This document shows, piece by piece, positions 1-11,294 of a DNA stretch of 64,000 nt. A program made the position numbers and the translations under genes. The notes under the pieces were generated by a model. It had not been told where the DNA came from. It searched no databases and saw nothing but the letters and a program-made list of their open reading frames with translations. The first letter of the stretch is position 1. Each line of letters begins with the position of its first letter. Where the stretch lies: assembly GCA_023334545.1 (NCBI GenBank), contig JAADVB010000018.1, forward strand, positions 62,001 to 126,000, read 5' to 3'. The DNA comes from Salisapilia sapeloensis CBS 127946 (Eukaryota > Protista > Oomycota).

Positions 1-685
1 CAACAACTAGTCTGACGACTGGAACAGGTTCCGATAAGTTGTGGTGAAAGGGTAAGCGACACGATTGATCTCCGTCAATAGCTTTATGTAGTAACTCGTG
101 GCAAGCTACAACTCCATTTTCTACTATGGGCAGAAAATATCGTAGTGCGGGGATGCCATCACTGGTAACTAAGATTTGGAAGCCATAGTCAGTGCACTCG
201 TTGTATTCGTTTCCAATAGCAAGTATCGTCATGTAATCACTGTCGTTTTCACCAGTAATATGGTGAGGCCTAAGTACGATCTCGAACGTCATGCCACTAC
301 TTTCACGGTGGGGGCTTAGGACGGATGAGAAGAAGCTACTAGCAATCGTCGCTTTCGAGGAAGTCAATAGACCGAACATACTACTTGATGGATTAGATTG
401 AAGACGAATGCCAAGTTGATTATCATGCGCTTCCGTGTGGGGGTTTGTCACGCCTTTCGCAGATACTCGTAACGATCCGAACGGACATTGCAAAGATGTT
501 TTTAAATCGGCAGGACTGACTTGATATTGCTTTATTCGTCCATCCACTAGGGATGAATTGTCAAACGTATACAGACACAGTAAAGCATCACGACCTGGCT
601 CCTGAAAGAAAGCGTTCAATGCATAATCACCACGTGCAACTTGGAGTAAGGCAATCAGTGTCAAGATAATAATACCTGCCACCAT
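1..685 (-). CDS. Partial (runs off window edge) putative secreted protein, possibly with a LamG/concanavalin-like domain
   Basis: Not in the ORF track. Manual translation gives an uninterrupted minus-strand frame from 802 to position 1. ATG at 685 starts MVAGIIILTLIALLQVARG (signal-peptide-like), followed by DALLCLYTFDNS...MTFEIVLRP...MTILAIGNEY. An upstream in-frame ATG exists at 802. The LamG call is tentative. Confidence 0.7.
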   Translation of the reverse strand, partial: MVAGIIILTLIALLQVARGDYALNAFFQEPGRDALLCLYTFDNSSLVDGRIKQYQVSPADLKTSLQCPFGSLRVSAKGVTNPHTEAHDNQLGIRLQSNPSSSMFGLLTSSKATIASSFFSSVLSPHRESSGMTFEIVLRPHHITGENDSDYMTILAIGNEYNECTDYGFQILVTSDGIPALRYFLPIVENGVVACHELLHKAIDGDQSCRLPFHHNLSEPVPVVRLVV

Positions 686-832
686 CCTTTTCAGCTGGAC
701 TTTCGTTTGTGTATCATGCAAGTAAACGCTTTGAAAAAGACGTGAAAGTAAATTGGCAACTTTGATCACTTCTTGCATAATCTCTTTCAACACTACCTCC
801 ATGAAATTGAAATCTGCCGGTGACTTTCACGC

Positions 833-2719
833 TTAGGCTACTTCGTTCCATCTCGTTTCCAATTCCATCATCCTCATTTGATTTTGAAGTGGAGCAACAT
901 TGTTTGCAGCAGCACTGGCATTGCGAGATGCAATCGCAGCATCAGCACCAAAGCTCGTGTTGTACCACCCGAGACTATCGCTTCCATGCAAGTATCCATC
1001 GCCACCTCCCCAACTTAGTGCACCATCCATGATAGTAGAGGCAAGCATAGATGCTGAGTAGTTATTCGCTAGTATGGATTGCATCTGCGCTTGTTGTAGA
1101 ATTTGCAGCATCTGTGGTACGGTTTGATGCCACACTTGCTTCCTGACTCTCGCAAAAGCCAGTAGCTCGGCCAAGTCTTGCTTACTACATGCTTCACGCC
1201 ATAATGATTGCATGCGAGGAGAGTACATATCACATGCTTTACTATCACCATCGGCGACTCCATTCACTTGCATTTGGTCTGCCATAGCCGTTCCTTTGAT
1301 ATGCTTTCCATAGCACTCGGGACAAATGTTGACATGTTCAAAGCCGTACCAGAGCCGATCATCACTTACTGGTTTCCACGTCGGGCAGTTTGGAGTTGAA
1401 TGCACCTGATGTACATAATCGGAGAAGATATTAAAGACGCCCATGTCTAGCGCTTCTTCCAGCTTTTTCATGTACTCGAGAAAACGAGGTGATGCCGGAT
1501 GCAAATCACATAATTTGGGTTGCATACTTGGATTGGGAACGGCAGAAAAGAACTTGGATGCTCCAAAGGTATGTAGGATACCGTTCATGCAAGCAGGACA
1601 AATGTCAAAGTTCGAGACAGGTGAGTCGGCGAAGTTATAAAATGTATGCGATTCAATGCCTTCCTTTGAACATGGTGGGCATTGATTGACCGCAGACGAA
1701 GCGTCGAGGAACAGAGAGAAGTCTTTTCGATCGACTGCCACTACCCAGGCTACGAAAATTGGAAAATAAGACATGGCACAAGGAACCGTTCGCCCCCATT
1801 TGAGTCCCTCTGCTTCTTTAAATTCTGAAGCATACTCAGTTGGAGCGACTTCATCCAAGTAACAGGCGTGGCAGATCGTAAGACCTGGAATAGGATGCTT
1901 GGTGGTGAAAAAATGGGTATCTGACATAAGCATGGAAGAACCTTCGCACTTGAGTGGAAGCTGCATTCGGACAGTAGCGCCTTGGACGAACTCGTCCCAA
2001 GTCTTAACTTTCTGACTGCCATCTCGGATGAAGGATAGAGAAAAATCACAGATCCAGTTCGAGCCAAATTCGCTTTGAGGACGCTCATATGGTCCAAAGT
2101 GGGGGGAGATGACTGGTGAAGCAAGCACATGATCTTCGTAGCATGCTTCACAGACGACCATGCTTTGTATCTCACCTTTAACTGGAGCGAACCACCTGAC
2201 ATTGGCGCTTTTGGGAGCTCCATCTAGTCCAAGACAGTCGGGAATGCTAAGTCGATGCTTAAAGTAATCTCGAAGTTTTTCTGTAGACTGAAGTTGGAGA
2301 GCTTCAGGCCATAAAACATGCTTGATACGATGAACATGGAACATGCAGCTCTGCTCTTCATTTTCTCCCATTCCTGGATCATGATATAACTTTTCAAAAG
2401 ATTCATGAAGAGGACTTGACGCGATGTGGGTGGCATGGCAGTTCGTGCAGATAAAAGTCTTCGTGTCTTTCAATCTGAACCAGTAAGTCGCGTAATTAAG
2501 CTTGCGGCCCTCTGGACACGAGGACATAATTTCGGCACGAGGCCCGTCTGGACGTAGGTTGGATGCCATCGTGGCAGATTCAAAAGTGAGCTGCTTTGTA
2601 TCCAAAGCAATTGCATGTTTATGGAATGAGTATATAGCATGGATTTTCATGAGATAAAGAGGCTGATGGGCATTTACACGCTCTATGCCTTCATGCTGAT
2701 ACCACACTAGTTGCACCAT
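833..2719 (-). CDS. Intronless protein with five ~95-aa Cys repeats (C...CxxC...C), resembling an uncharacterised filamentous-fungal family
   Basis: 628-aa ORF with repeat cores FICTNCH, VVCEACY, TICHACY, DICPACM, NICPECY, each followed by a CD/CA/CM-type Cys. C-terminus ends LETRWNEVA. True start may be the ATG at 2569 (MASNLRPDG). Confidence 0.8.
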   Translation of the reverse strand: MVQLVWYQHEGIERVNAHQPLYLMKIHAIYSFHKHAIALDTKQLTFESATMASNLRPDGPRAEIMSSCPEGRKLNYATYWFRLKDTKTFICTNCHATHIASSPLHESFEKLYHDPGMGENEEQSCMFHVHRIKHVLWPEALQLQSTEKLRDYFKHRLSIPDCLGLDGAPKSANVRWFAPVKGEIQSMVVCEACYEDHVLASPVISPHFGPYERPQSEFGSNWICDFSLSFIRDGSQKVKTWDEFVQGATVRMQLPLKCEGSSMLMSDTHFFTTKHPIPGLTICHACYLDEVAPTEYASEFKEAEGLKWGRTVPCAMSYFPIFVAWVVAVDRKDFSLFLDASSAVNQCPPCSKEGIESHTFYNFADSPVSNFDICPACMNGILHTFGASKFFSAVPNPSMQPKLCDLHPASPRFLEYMKKLEEALDMGVFNIFSDYVHQVHSTPNCPTWKPVSDDRLWYGFEHVNICPECYGKHIKGTAMADQMQVNGVADGDSKACDMYSPRMQSLWREACSKQDLAELLAFARVRKQVWHQTVPQMLQILQQAQMQSILANNYSASMLASTIMDGALSWGGGDGYLHGSDSLGWYNTSFGADAAIASRNASAAANNVAPLQNQMRMMELETRWNEVA

Positions 2720-3114
2720 GAATCCTGGCGCACGTGGCTAAAACCAGGACAATAGTTCATATGAGAGAACATTTCGGTTCAGATAGGCTTAGCTCGTACT
2801 CCAGCTTATTCTTTGCATGAGTAATACTCGGCAATAAGCCTTCCAGCAGAGATGACCACACCAAAGTAGCCAAGTCAAAACAGAGATCAATTTAATTTAT
2901 AGCAGAATAGAATGTGAATCAAGCCAAGTTTGTTCCATGACCTTTTTATTCTACCAGCACATCTTTCCATAAGCCCTTGTCGGGTGAATGCATCACCATT
3001 CAAGGATGAGTTAACAATGTCCGCCGGTAGTGACCAGGACTACGCCAGATAATTCTACGCTGATCAAAGGATGCAAATTAGGGATTGGCGGACAACGAAA
3101 CTTGGACATAAAGC

Positions 3115-4733
3115 ATGAAAGGCGAGGAAGTACTAGCGAGTGCTCGCTACGGCGACGCAGAAGAGCTTGATGGAATCTTAACCAGTGCATCAGACAATGA
3201 GAAGCAGGAGATGGTCAATTACGTGCAAAATGAAGCCAAGAATACACCTCTACACATGGGTGAGTCCATTTTAACTAGAAAATAGTCTTCTTATGATGCT
3301 AACGACGACGCTATGCTGCAGCAAGTGCAAATGGTCACACCGAGTGCGTTCAAACTCTACTCAAGCATGGTGCACAGCACCTTCCGAACGAAAGCGGCAA
3401 TTATCCACTACGTAAGTACATGCTATGACGCTCATCCTGTTATCAGATAAAGCTGACACCAATACTTTCGTGATACTTAGATTGGGCAGTACAGAATAAG
3501 CATTTGGGCGTAGTCAAGGCTTTGCTGGAGGGTGTGTCGGACATTGATGTGCTCGCTCGTAATGGCTTTGGCCGAGGTTCCATCACCGAAGCTTTCCAGT
3601 GCGAAGACCCAGATATCCGTATGACTCTTTCTATCTCTTTCGTACGTATATACTAACAATACTGTGTAGTGGCTGCCTTACTAGAGCATGGATCTGCTAC
3701 GGAAGAACGGTTAGCAGAAGGCACGGGCGTCGACGTGAACGAAGACGAGAACGAAAACGAGATGTCTGTCTCCACTACGCCTGAAAAGCCGACGATTCTG
3801 CAAGAATCGGAGCTTCACTTTAAATTTGGAGCAGGTCTCCCGACACTTAAGGCTCGAGAACTCGCGCTTGATTGGAATAAAAAAGCTTTCGGGTCGACAG
3901 CCGAGGAGGATATTACCGGTGTCACCGTCTGGTCTGCATCGCTCCTACTTAGTCGATATATCGTCGATCATGCAGACGACTTCCAGAGCAAAAGTGTCTG
4001 TGAATTAGGTGCAGGCTGTGGTGTTAGTGGTATCGCAGCATACCTCTATACGCTTGCCTCTCGTGTCGTTATTTCCGATCTCTTTGAAAGCACATTAGAA
4101 AACCTGCAGCATAACGCTAAACTCAACGAGCTCCCGTCAGAGGAAGAGGAATCTGGCTCCGAAGGATGTGATCAGTGCGGCACGTTACAGCGCTTCAGTG
4201 CCGACAACCCGGAAGGTGTGCTCATGGCATGTGCGGCCTGCCGGTCGGTCCAGTACTGCTCTCGTGAGTGTCAGAAGAAAGCGTGGAAGGGTCATAAGAC
4301 CGAGTGCAAACGTATTCGTAAGCAGCGTGAAGAGCTGCAGGCGAACAAGGCAGAGGGGAAGCTAGAGGTAGCCAAGTTGGACTGGAGCAAGCCGGAGACG
4401 TGGCCTAGTGGCTGCTTTGACGTGCTACTGGGCTCCGACCTGGTGTACCATGGCGAGATCGTGCCAGTGCTTGTAAAAGCCATCGACGGCCTCTTGTCGA
4501 ATGCTGAGGGGAGTCGATTTATCCACGTGGCGTCTCAAGCTCGAGACTCGTTAGTCGAGTTTAAAGAAGAGATGGAGCGTCTGGGCTTTGAATGCCATGT
4601 CGAAGTCCTACCAGACGAGTATAAGAAGAATCCGTTGGTTGGTGACTCGACGACTGTCGAGTTATTCGATCTGCACTTTAATGAAATGAGTGACGTGTAC
4701 TGCGTCTACACGTTCACTCGTTTGAAAAAGTAA
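3115..4733 (+). CDS. Ankyrin-repeat (Yar1-like) + seven-beta-strand lysine methyltransferase (METTL21/family 16-like) with inserted MYND zinc finger; 4 exons
   Basis: ATG 3115 (MKGEEVLASARYGDAEEL). GT-AG introns at about 3260-3321, 3412-3480 and 3619-3669 join in frame to give TPLHMASANGH, YPLHWAVQNKH, RNGFG and then the 3669 ORF. That ORF has TGVTVWSAS, ELGAGCGVSG (motif I), VVISD, CDQC...CAACRSVQYCSRECQKKAWKGHKTEC (MYND), LDW and GSDLVY. Confidence 0.85.
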
Positions 4734-4769
4734 TAGAAGCGATTGATTTTTGAAATAGCTTGTCTAGTC

Positions 4770-5974
4770 TTAAGCAAATGTATGGAACGGGGAGACACTG
4801 CTCTTCGTATAGTAGCGCGGAGGAGAGCGTGTGGAGGGTAGGAGAGACAGAAGTTTCATTGGCGTCGGACCAAAGACGAGCTCCCAGTTCTTGTGCATAC
4901 TACCGCGATGGTATGGACTCTTGCGTCGGTTACCAGACAAAGCACTGCGATGGGGAGAGCTGTTTAAGTGGAACTCGATGGATGTCTATAGACAATAATA
5001 AGTACAGATAGGGAAAAGAGGATGCGGAGGAGGTACCTGGGCGGTGAGTACGAGGTAGATTTGCCAGGTCTGGAGGATACCGACTCCAATGGCTGCAGCA
5101 ACGCTCATAATAAAGATGAATTGAAGAGCAATGGCTGGTGGGATGGAACTGGAGTTGAAGAGGAAGAGGATGGTGCTGTACTGACGTCGGTTGAGCTCTC
5201 CGAACGCGGGTGTGTAGGTTACCATGGCGGCGTAGATGCTAGCAACGGATAGCCAGAACATGAGCGAGAAAAAGTAGCGGTAGTTGCCACGGCCGATGCA
5301 ATTGTTCACCCAAGGGCAGTGGTGGTCCATCGAGTCGATGCAAACGTCGCACACGGAGCAATGGTGAGCTCTTTGCGGCCGATGCGTACGACAGCTACGA
5401 CAGTAGGTGAGGCCTTTATCCGATGGAGACAGGTCTGGTGTGTCCTGAGCATGTTGCTTGGTCGTGTCAACAGCCAATGAACGAGAGATAAGGTTCGAGT
5501 CAGAGCTTTTCACGACCGAAGTCTCATCCTCGCTATCACTTTGGTCTGCTTCTTCGGATTGGATGACACCTGGGTCACTGGCAATGCTCAATGCGTAGTT
5601 GAAGTAGATGTTAAACGATAGGAAGAGCGTAGCAGCCATGTGCAGCAGGTATTGCGAGCTAGTGGCACTGATGACTGGCACTACGGCATAGGCAAAGAGC
5701 GCTGTGACGCTTAAAAAGAGTCCTATTGCAATTCGTTAGTACGTTGCAATGTACTACAGCATATATCGGAGGTCATACCAAAGCCAAAGCATGTGAGCAA
5801 TGGACCGACATGTCGAGTGAAGGAGATGCCACAGCGGATGGCCGATGCCGCCAGGAGGAATGGAATTTGCGACGGTTCACGCCATTGAGGAGAGAGGCCC
5901 ATATTCTTCCAAGGTTGACGAGAAGCAGTCGGACGTGCGCGATATCTGGAAGAAGCAAAAATAGAGCCACCCAT
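4770..5974 (-). CDS. DHHC-type protein S-palmitoyltransferase; 3 exons
   Basis: [44 protein letters not shown], the SDPG motif, and flanking hydrophobic helices. Introns inferred at about 5724-5778 and 4989-5040; the last exon includes TSIEF and stops at 4770-4772. Confidence 0.92.
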
Positions 5975-6149
5975 GGTCGTCTGCCGACTCCGACCCGTTG
6001 GATTGACTTGGATCTGAACTTTTGTATGGATTTTCTATAACGGTTAAGTGTTGCATTGTAAAGTGTACCCATTTCGATAGCGTGTCGCGGAATGCTTCGT
6101 CGACAAGACGAAGATTGATGTTGCAGTCGTTTGCTCTCTCTAATGTCTT

Positions 6150-7250
6150 ATGATTGCTGACAAGGTACTTGCCGATCTTCTTTATAGCTTTGTGCTATCT
6201 GGAAAAGTAGGGACTTGTCAACGAGATTACCATATCTTGGTGCTTCTATTAATTTGATTTTGTGGATGGAAAGTTAGGAACACGGATGATGTCGGCAACA
6301 AGGATGCACTTGAGTTGTGTAGCTGCTTCAATCTGAGACTTCCCGCACGATTTGATGAACGACTTGAACGCAAGTATTGAAATGAGGATGGGCGTTGATC
6401 GAATCTCGTACAGGAACAATGTATCTTGATTGATCGCATCTTTATTTTGGATCGGAAGGGATGCAAAGAACTCGTCTATAGTCAAAAGCACTGCTATCTA
6501 AATCAACGCAATGGACGTATGCGAGAACACGGCAGCATGGACGATACAAGACAACCCAGCAGTGAAAAAAAGTAGGCTTTCACATAGATGTCCAGTGTGG
6601 AGAGTAGACCAGTCACCAATGCATATTGAATGCTGGATTCTATAAGGGAGAGATGATATCCTTCAATGTCCCCGTGAGGTGGGTTCACCATTCGCTACCA
6701 GGTTTCTAAATGATGTATTTAAGACAGAAAAGATGCGATAAGAGATATCGAGTTATGGCTGTTGTAAAATGACAAGCATCATTGCACAGCGACTTGCGAT
6801 CAAGATGGTGTTTGCATTGACCAAATCATATTAGGATTTGTTGAACACAAAGCGAGATATGATCCAGCATGAGAAACATGAAACAATTGGAGATAGACGG
6901 GCTTGATAATATCACGTACATTAGTACAATAGCTTTGAACTATTCCTTTGCATGTTTCAATCAATAAAGCCTCTAATTTCATTATACAAAGGAAATCAGC
7001 GACTATGTCGATGTTATGCTGTGGATCAGTCCTACCTACTATCATCTCATTACAATTTTTAACCGATCTTTCGCTTCAAAGGTTATATGACGGGATTATA
7101 CTAGCATGAGTAGTGCGGCTGACTATAACATAGCTTCTGCCTGTATCGATTAGTCGCAATGCTGCAGATATAGCACATTGCATTTCGATCGCTTCATGTT
7201 CAGAAATCGATTTCATATCTATGGTTTGATTGGCAGTATATCATACCTGA
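6150..7250 (-). CDS. Probable multi-exon hypothetical protein; boundaries uncertain
   Basis: Three co-oriented short ORFs (6800-7045, 6503-6691, 6249-6491) with protein-like composition, separated by intron-sized gaps and divergent from the calpain-like gene. No motif recognised. Confidence 0.3.
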
Positions 7251-7301
7251 GCATTTTCATTGGTCATGTGAAGAGCCATTTCATATCTTTAAAAGTCGCC
7301 G

Positions 7302-9526
7302 ATGACGGTGGTAGCCAAGCATGGCGATGAGCTCTTGGTCATATCCTCCTTCCGCTTTCTAGATGCGAAGAGCAAAGACAAGAAGTTCATGTGCTACATC
7401 GGACAAAACACTGGATTCAAGTCGTATCGAATTACGTTAGATTTTAGCAAATCACGTAATCTAGAGCTCCGTCCATCATGTCCGCCTCATCATAGAGCAT
7501 CTTCGTCCTGCTCTGGAATGCAATGGGTCGGTACAATCTACCCATTTGAACGCAAATTGCTCGTATCTATTGTACCTATAGAACGACATAAAGCGTACGT
7601 TCGCGCTGAATGCAAAGTGGATAAAGTAGAGCTAAGTTCCGATCAAATCCGGGATGCCATGGATGGACTTAACACAAGGCTTCAACAAAAACTTGAACGT
7701 AACCATGAAGCTGATTGGAAAGCTGCGTTAACATTGTCAGGAAAGCACGCCATATACCAATGCAATGAACTCAATCGGCTAGCTCTACATACTCCAGATG
7801 ACTTCATGGACGTCGATTTCCCTCCTACTACAAGTTCTCTTGTCGGAAAGTGTGAAGATACTGCTTCCTCTGTATACAAGATGTGTATATGGAGGCATCT
7901 AACAGAACTTATTGATTCCTCCTGGTCTACTTCTGAATTCCATCAAAGCTCACTCGTCTGTGGGTTACCTGATCAATCCTCTTTCCTGTGTGCTCTTGAC
8001 GCGCTATCGTCCAGTCCTGATAAATACCTACCGACTATTTATCCATCCTATCATCCGCTTAATGTTAAAGTACTTCAGCCTTATCAGTTTGCATATGCTG
8101 CTGTCGCCATGCCGATATGTCGATATGGACTACAATGGGAATATGTAGTAGTGGATCTGTACCTTCCTTGCTTTCCTATCGGTACTGGTTTTATGATAGC
8201 ACAGAGCAGACAAGGCAATATTTATCCAGCAATGATCCATAAAGCATACGCAAAACATATCGGCAGCTTTGCTGTTCTTTCATCTATTCCAACTATCCAC
8301 ATACTACACGAACTCACAGGTCGACCATGGTACGTATCATGTTTAATGTTTATAGCACATCCTCAACTAATTAAACTTGTAATAGGATAAAACTGATGCC
8401 TGCAAAAGACGATGGAAGCGGTAGTCAACAGAGCCTTCAGTCCTATCTCCTCCGATGCTTTGAAATTGATTTCAGCCTTTTGATGATATCGTTTGAAGAA
8501 AGTCATATAGCGTTTCCTGTATGCAATATATCCCAGGATCATCTCGTAATACGACGCACGAACAATCTTGAGATGCACGATAGCTATTTGGACGGAAACC
8601 GGGTGCACAATGAAGGTATGAGAACGATTACTTGGGATCAGCTTTTCTCTCAAGAACCTACTTTTTATTTTTTATCTTCCAACATGGCGTACTCCTATCG
8701 AAAGCGACATCTCTTGCATGCAAAGGATCAGGAAGTGAATGTCCAATTTGTTCTGAGTGCCCCATTTACTACGAACATCGCGATGATGATCCAGATTCGT
8801 TCTTTCGATGGCTCTCGTCTTCAAAAAGAATCATATCAAGTTGAAATGGAGCAAGTCCAAAGTGACTTTACCTGCAAGACATTCACGCCGTCCCTAACTT
8901 CTATTCCAGGCTGCACTAGCGACGTTGTCGGGGATAACTGTCAGCAAACAGTAGAATTACTATTGATATTCCTATTTGCTGTCTTTATCTCAACTTTCCA
9001 CTAGATTTTGACAACGCTTGGAGAAGGAGACTACGTCTTGACAATATCTACTTTAGACCTAATAAATAATCAATTTGCAGACAGTCAACAAGCATTTTCC
9101 ATGGAGACAGTGAATGGAAATTTGGACTTGCTCCTTCAACACATTGATACCGACGTCAATGGCTTTATCTCTCTTCCGAGTCTAATTAACTTTATACTGC
9201 GAGTGGAGCGAGCACAGAGCGAGATGTGGATTGCCAAGGCGAAAGAGATGTTTCATCAGTTCGCATGTAAGGTTCCAGATCAAGCAGTTCTCGGTATTGA
9301 TCGATGTGGACTAAAAGGAGTCTACCAACATCTTTTTGCTACTCTATCGCACAAGGCACAAGAGGAAGGAGGTAGCGATATAAAGACCTTAGCTTGCATA
9401 GTGTGGGAAGATTTGCAGCTAGCTCTGCAGGTGCCAGAAGATACAAAGATAATGCATAAGGACATGTACGAAATTCTTTTGTGCGTTCATACTGACACGG
9501 AGTCAGTCTGTCTAGAAGGGTTATAA
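7302..9526 (+). CDS. Calpain-like protein (CysPc-like domain, apparently non-catalytic) with C-terminal EF-hand; at least 3 exons
   Basis: WEYVVVDLYLPC, IYPAMIHKAYAKHIGSF and HELTGRPW match calpain CysPc motifs. The catalytic-Cys position reads LPDQSSFLCAL. EF-loop-like DTDVNGFISLPSL. Introns near 8330-8385 and 8950-9005 link the three ORFs. Confidence 0.7.
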
Positions 9527-9596
9527 GCAAAAATGGATGGCACTTTTTCTGTTTACTCTGACTCTTACATCTTAGCTTCTCCGATGTCGACAACAT

Positions 9597-10370
9597 CTAG
9601 AGATGCATTCGTTTCTGAAACTCTTGCGTCAATTCATCCAACGACAGATTCGAATTCTCTTGCAAGTACGTTATAAACTCTTGCGCAGATGCAGCACGTT
9701 TGCTGTTTAATGCTTGACTTTCTTGAATGTCCAAGTGTTCATTGGCATCTTGCAGAATACTTTCAGCTTCGTATTGTAGCATTCGCTTGTCATAAAACTC
9801 TGGGTCGGCTGCTCGACGCATTAGATTTAAGAATTGGTCATACTCACAACAAGCTTGAAGGATTTGGACGAAGAACGACATGCGAGTATGTCGCTGTCTG
9901 TCAGCGGAAATCTTTTGCTCTTCCTCACATCGTTTCTCGTACTCTTCCATTGTAAATCCATGCTTTTCTAAGAAACCTATTCCAGAATACATATTAGAAT
10001 TCACATCTATCCCAAGATGCAAGGCGCGTACCTTTGATGCGATCCATCGAAGACGTGACAAATTCTTGATGAAGCTGCTTCCAGTGCCTACATGACCCTA
10101 TCAATACCTCATACTTTATGCATACGATTGGAAAGAATTGCTGTACGGTTCAATCGCATCTAACTCTTCTGAGGAAGGACCTCCTTTGGTGAGCAAAGTA
10201 GCAAAAGCTGGTCCGTGCTTGTCACAAAAGTCGTCGACTTCATCCAGAAAGTCTTCACTACCGACGTAAGCTGCGACCCACTCCAAGACATCATCACCTG
10301 CCTCCATATCCTTGAGCAACGGTGTCTCGTATCTCGAAAGCATATCAATGGCATCGAACTTGGTACTCAT
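9597..10370 (-). CDS. BART-domain (ARL2-binding protein/CFAP36-like) protein; 3 exons
   Basis: VLEWVAAYVGSEDFLDEVDDFCDKH...WKQLHQEF...GFLEKHGFTMEEYEKRC...FVQILQACCEYDQFLNLMR matches the BART pattern. ATG at 10370 (MSTKF). Confidence 0.7.
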
Positions 10371-10551
10371 GGTCTGTCTTCTTCTGTTCAGAATGACGTA
10401 CGTAATCTGGATGTCGATCATAAAGAGATGATGAAACGAACGACTGTGGAAGATCTTCACGCTTCATTCAAGTACGAAGACGAGAAATATCCTCTGGACC
10501 GTAGCGTTATCCGGCCTACGCCAGTACTTGCTTAATTCTGTCATTCGCATC

Positions 10552-11236
10552 ATGACTGGTACACGCGTGCTTTTGATCGACAATTATGACTCGTTTACGT
10601 ACAATATCTTTCAGGTATCTAGTAGCTTTGTATATATATATCGATCGAGGACTTATGTGTACTAGTATATGTCGCAATTGGGGGCACAAGTCGACGTCTA
10701 TCGGAATGACCAGATCAGCATCGACGAGATTCGAAAATTAAATCCGGATCGGATTATGATTTCACCAGGTCCAGGTTCTCCGAAAGACTCGGGTATCTCG
10801 TGTGATGTCATTCGTGAGTTTGGTGGTCAAATTCCCATTGCTGGTGTCTGTCTCGGTGCGTCATCTTCGTACATGACACGACTAGTAGCATGCTAATGAG
10901 CATAAGATAGGATTGCAATGCATGTTTGAAGTGTATGGCGGTACAGTCGGTCGTGCAGGAGAGATATTCCACGGCAAGAGCTCTACGATCGAGAATGATG
11001 GCAAAGGATTATTCCAAGGCATGAAGTCGGAAGTAGATGCCATTCGATACCACTCGCTCATTGGTTTCCCAGACACACTACCGGATGAATTGGAAGTGAC
11101 GGCACGAGTCAAAGGTAGTGACATGATAATGGGTGTTCGTCACAAGACGTACAAGATGGAAGCTGTTCAATTCCATCCCGAGAGCATTCTCACGGAAGAC
11201 GGCATGAAGATGTTTAACAACTTCTTAGCCATGTAA
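10552..11236 (+). CDS. trpG: Anthranilate synthase component II / PabA-type class I glutamine amidotransferase (stand-alone); 3 exons
   Basis: [34 protein letters not shown] (catalytic Cys), [16 protein letters not shown] (His/Glu). Introns at about 10615-10665 and 10857-10911. TrpG versus PabA cannot be fully separated by eye. Confidence 0.88.
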
Positions 11237-11294
11237 AGAATCAAAAGCATTTTCTTTGATTGACTTGAGAGTACAATTCTACTTGAAGTAAAAG

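Noticed and set aside
10552-11236. Bacterial contamination or operon suggested by stand-alone trpG
   Set aside because: The gene has two canonical spliceosomal introns and eukaryotic neighbours, with no trpE or other operon partners.
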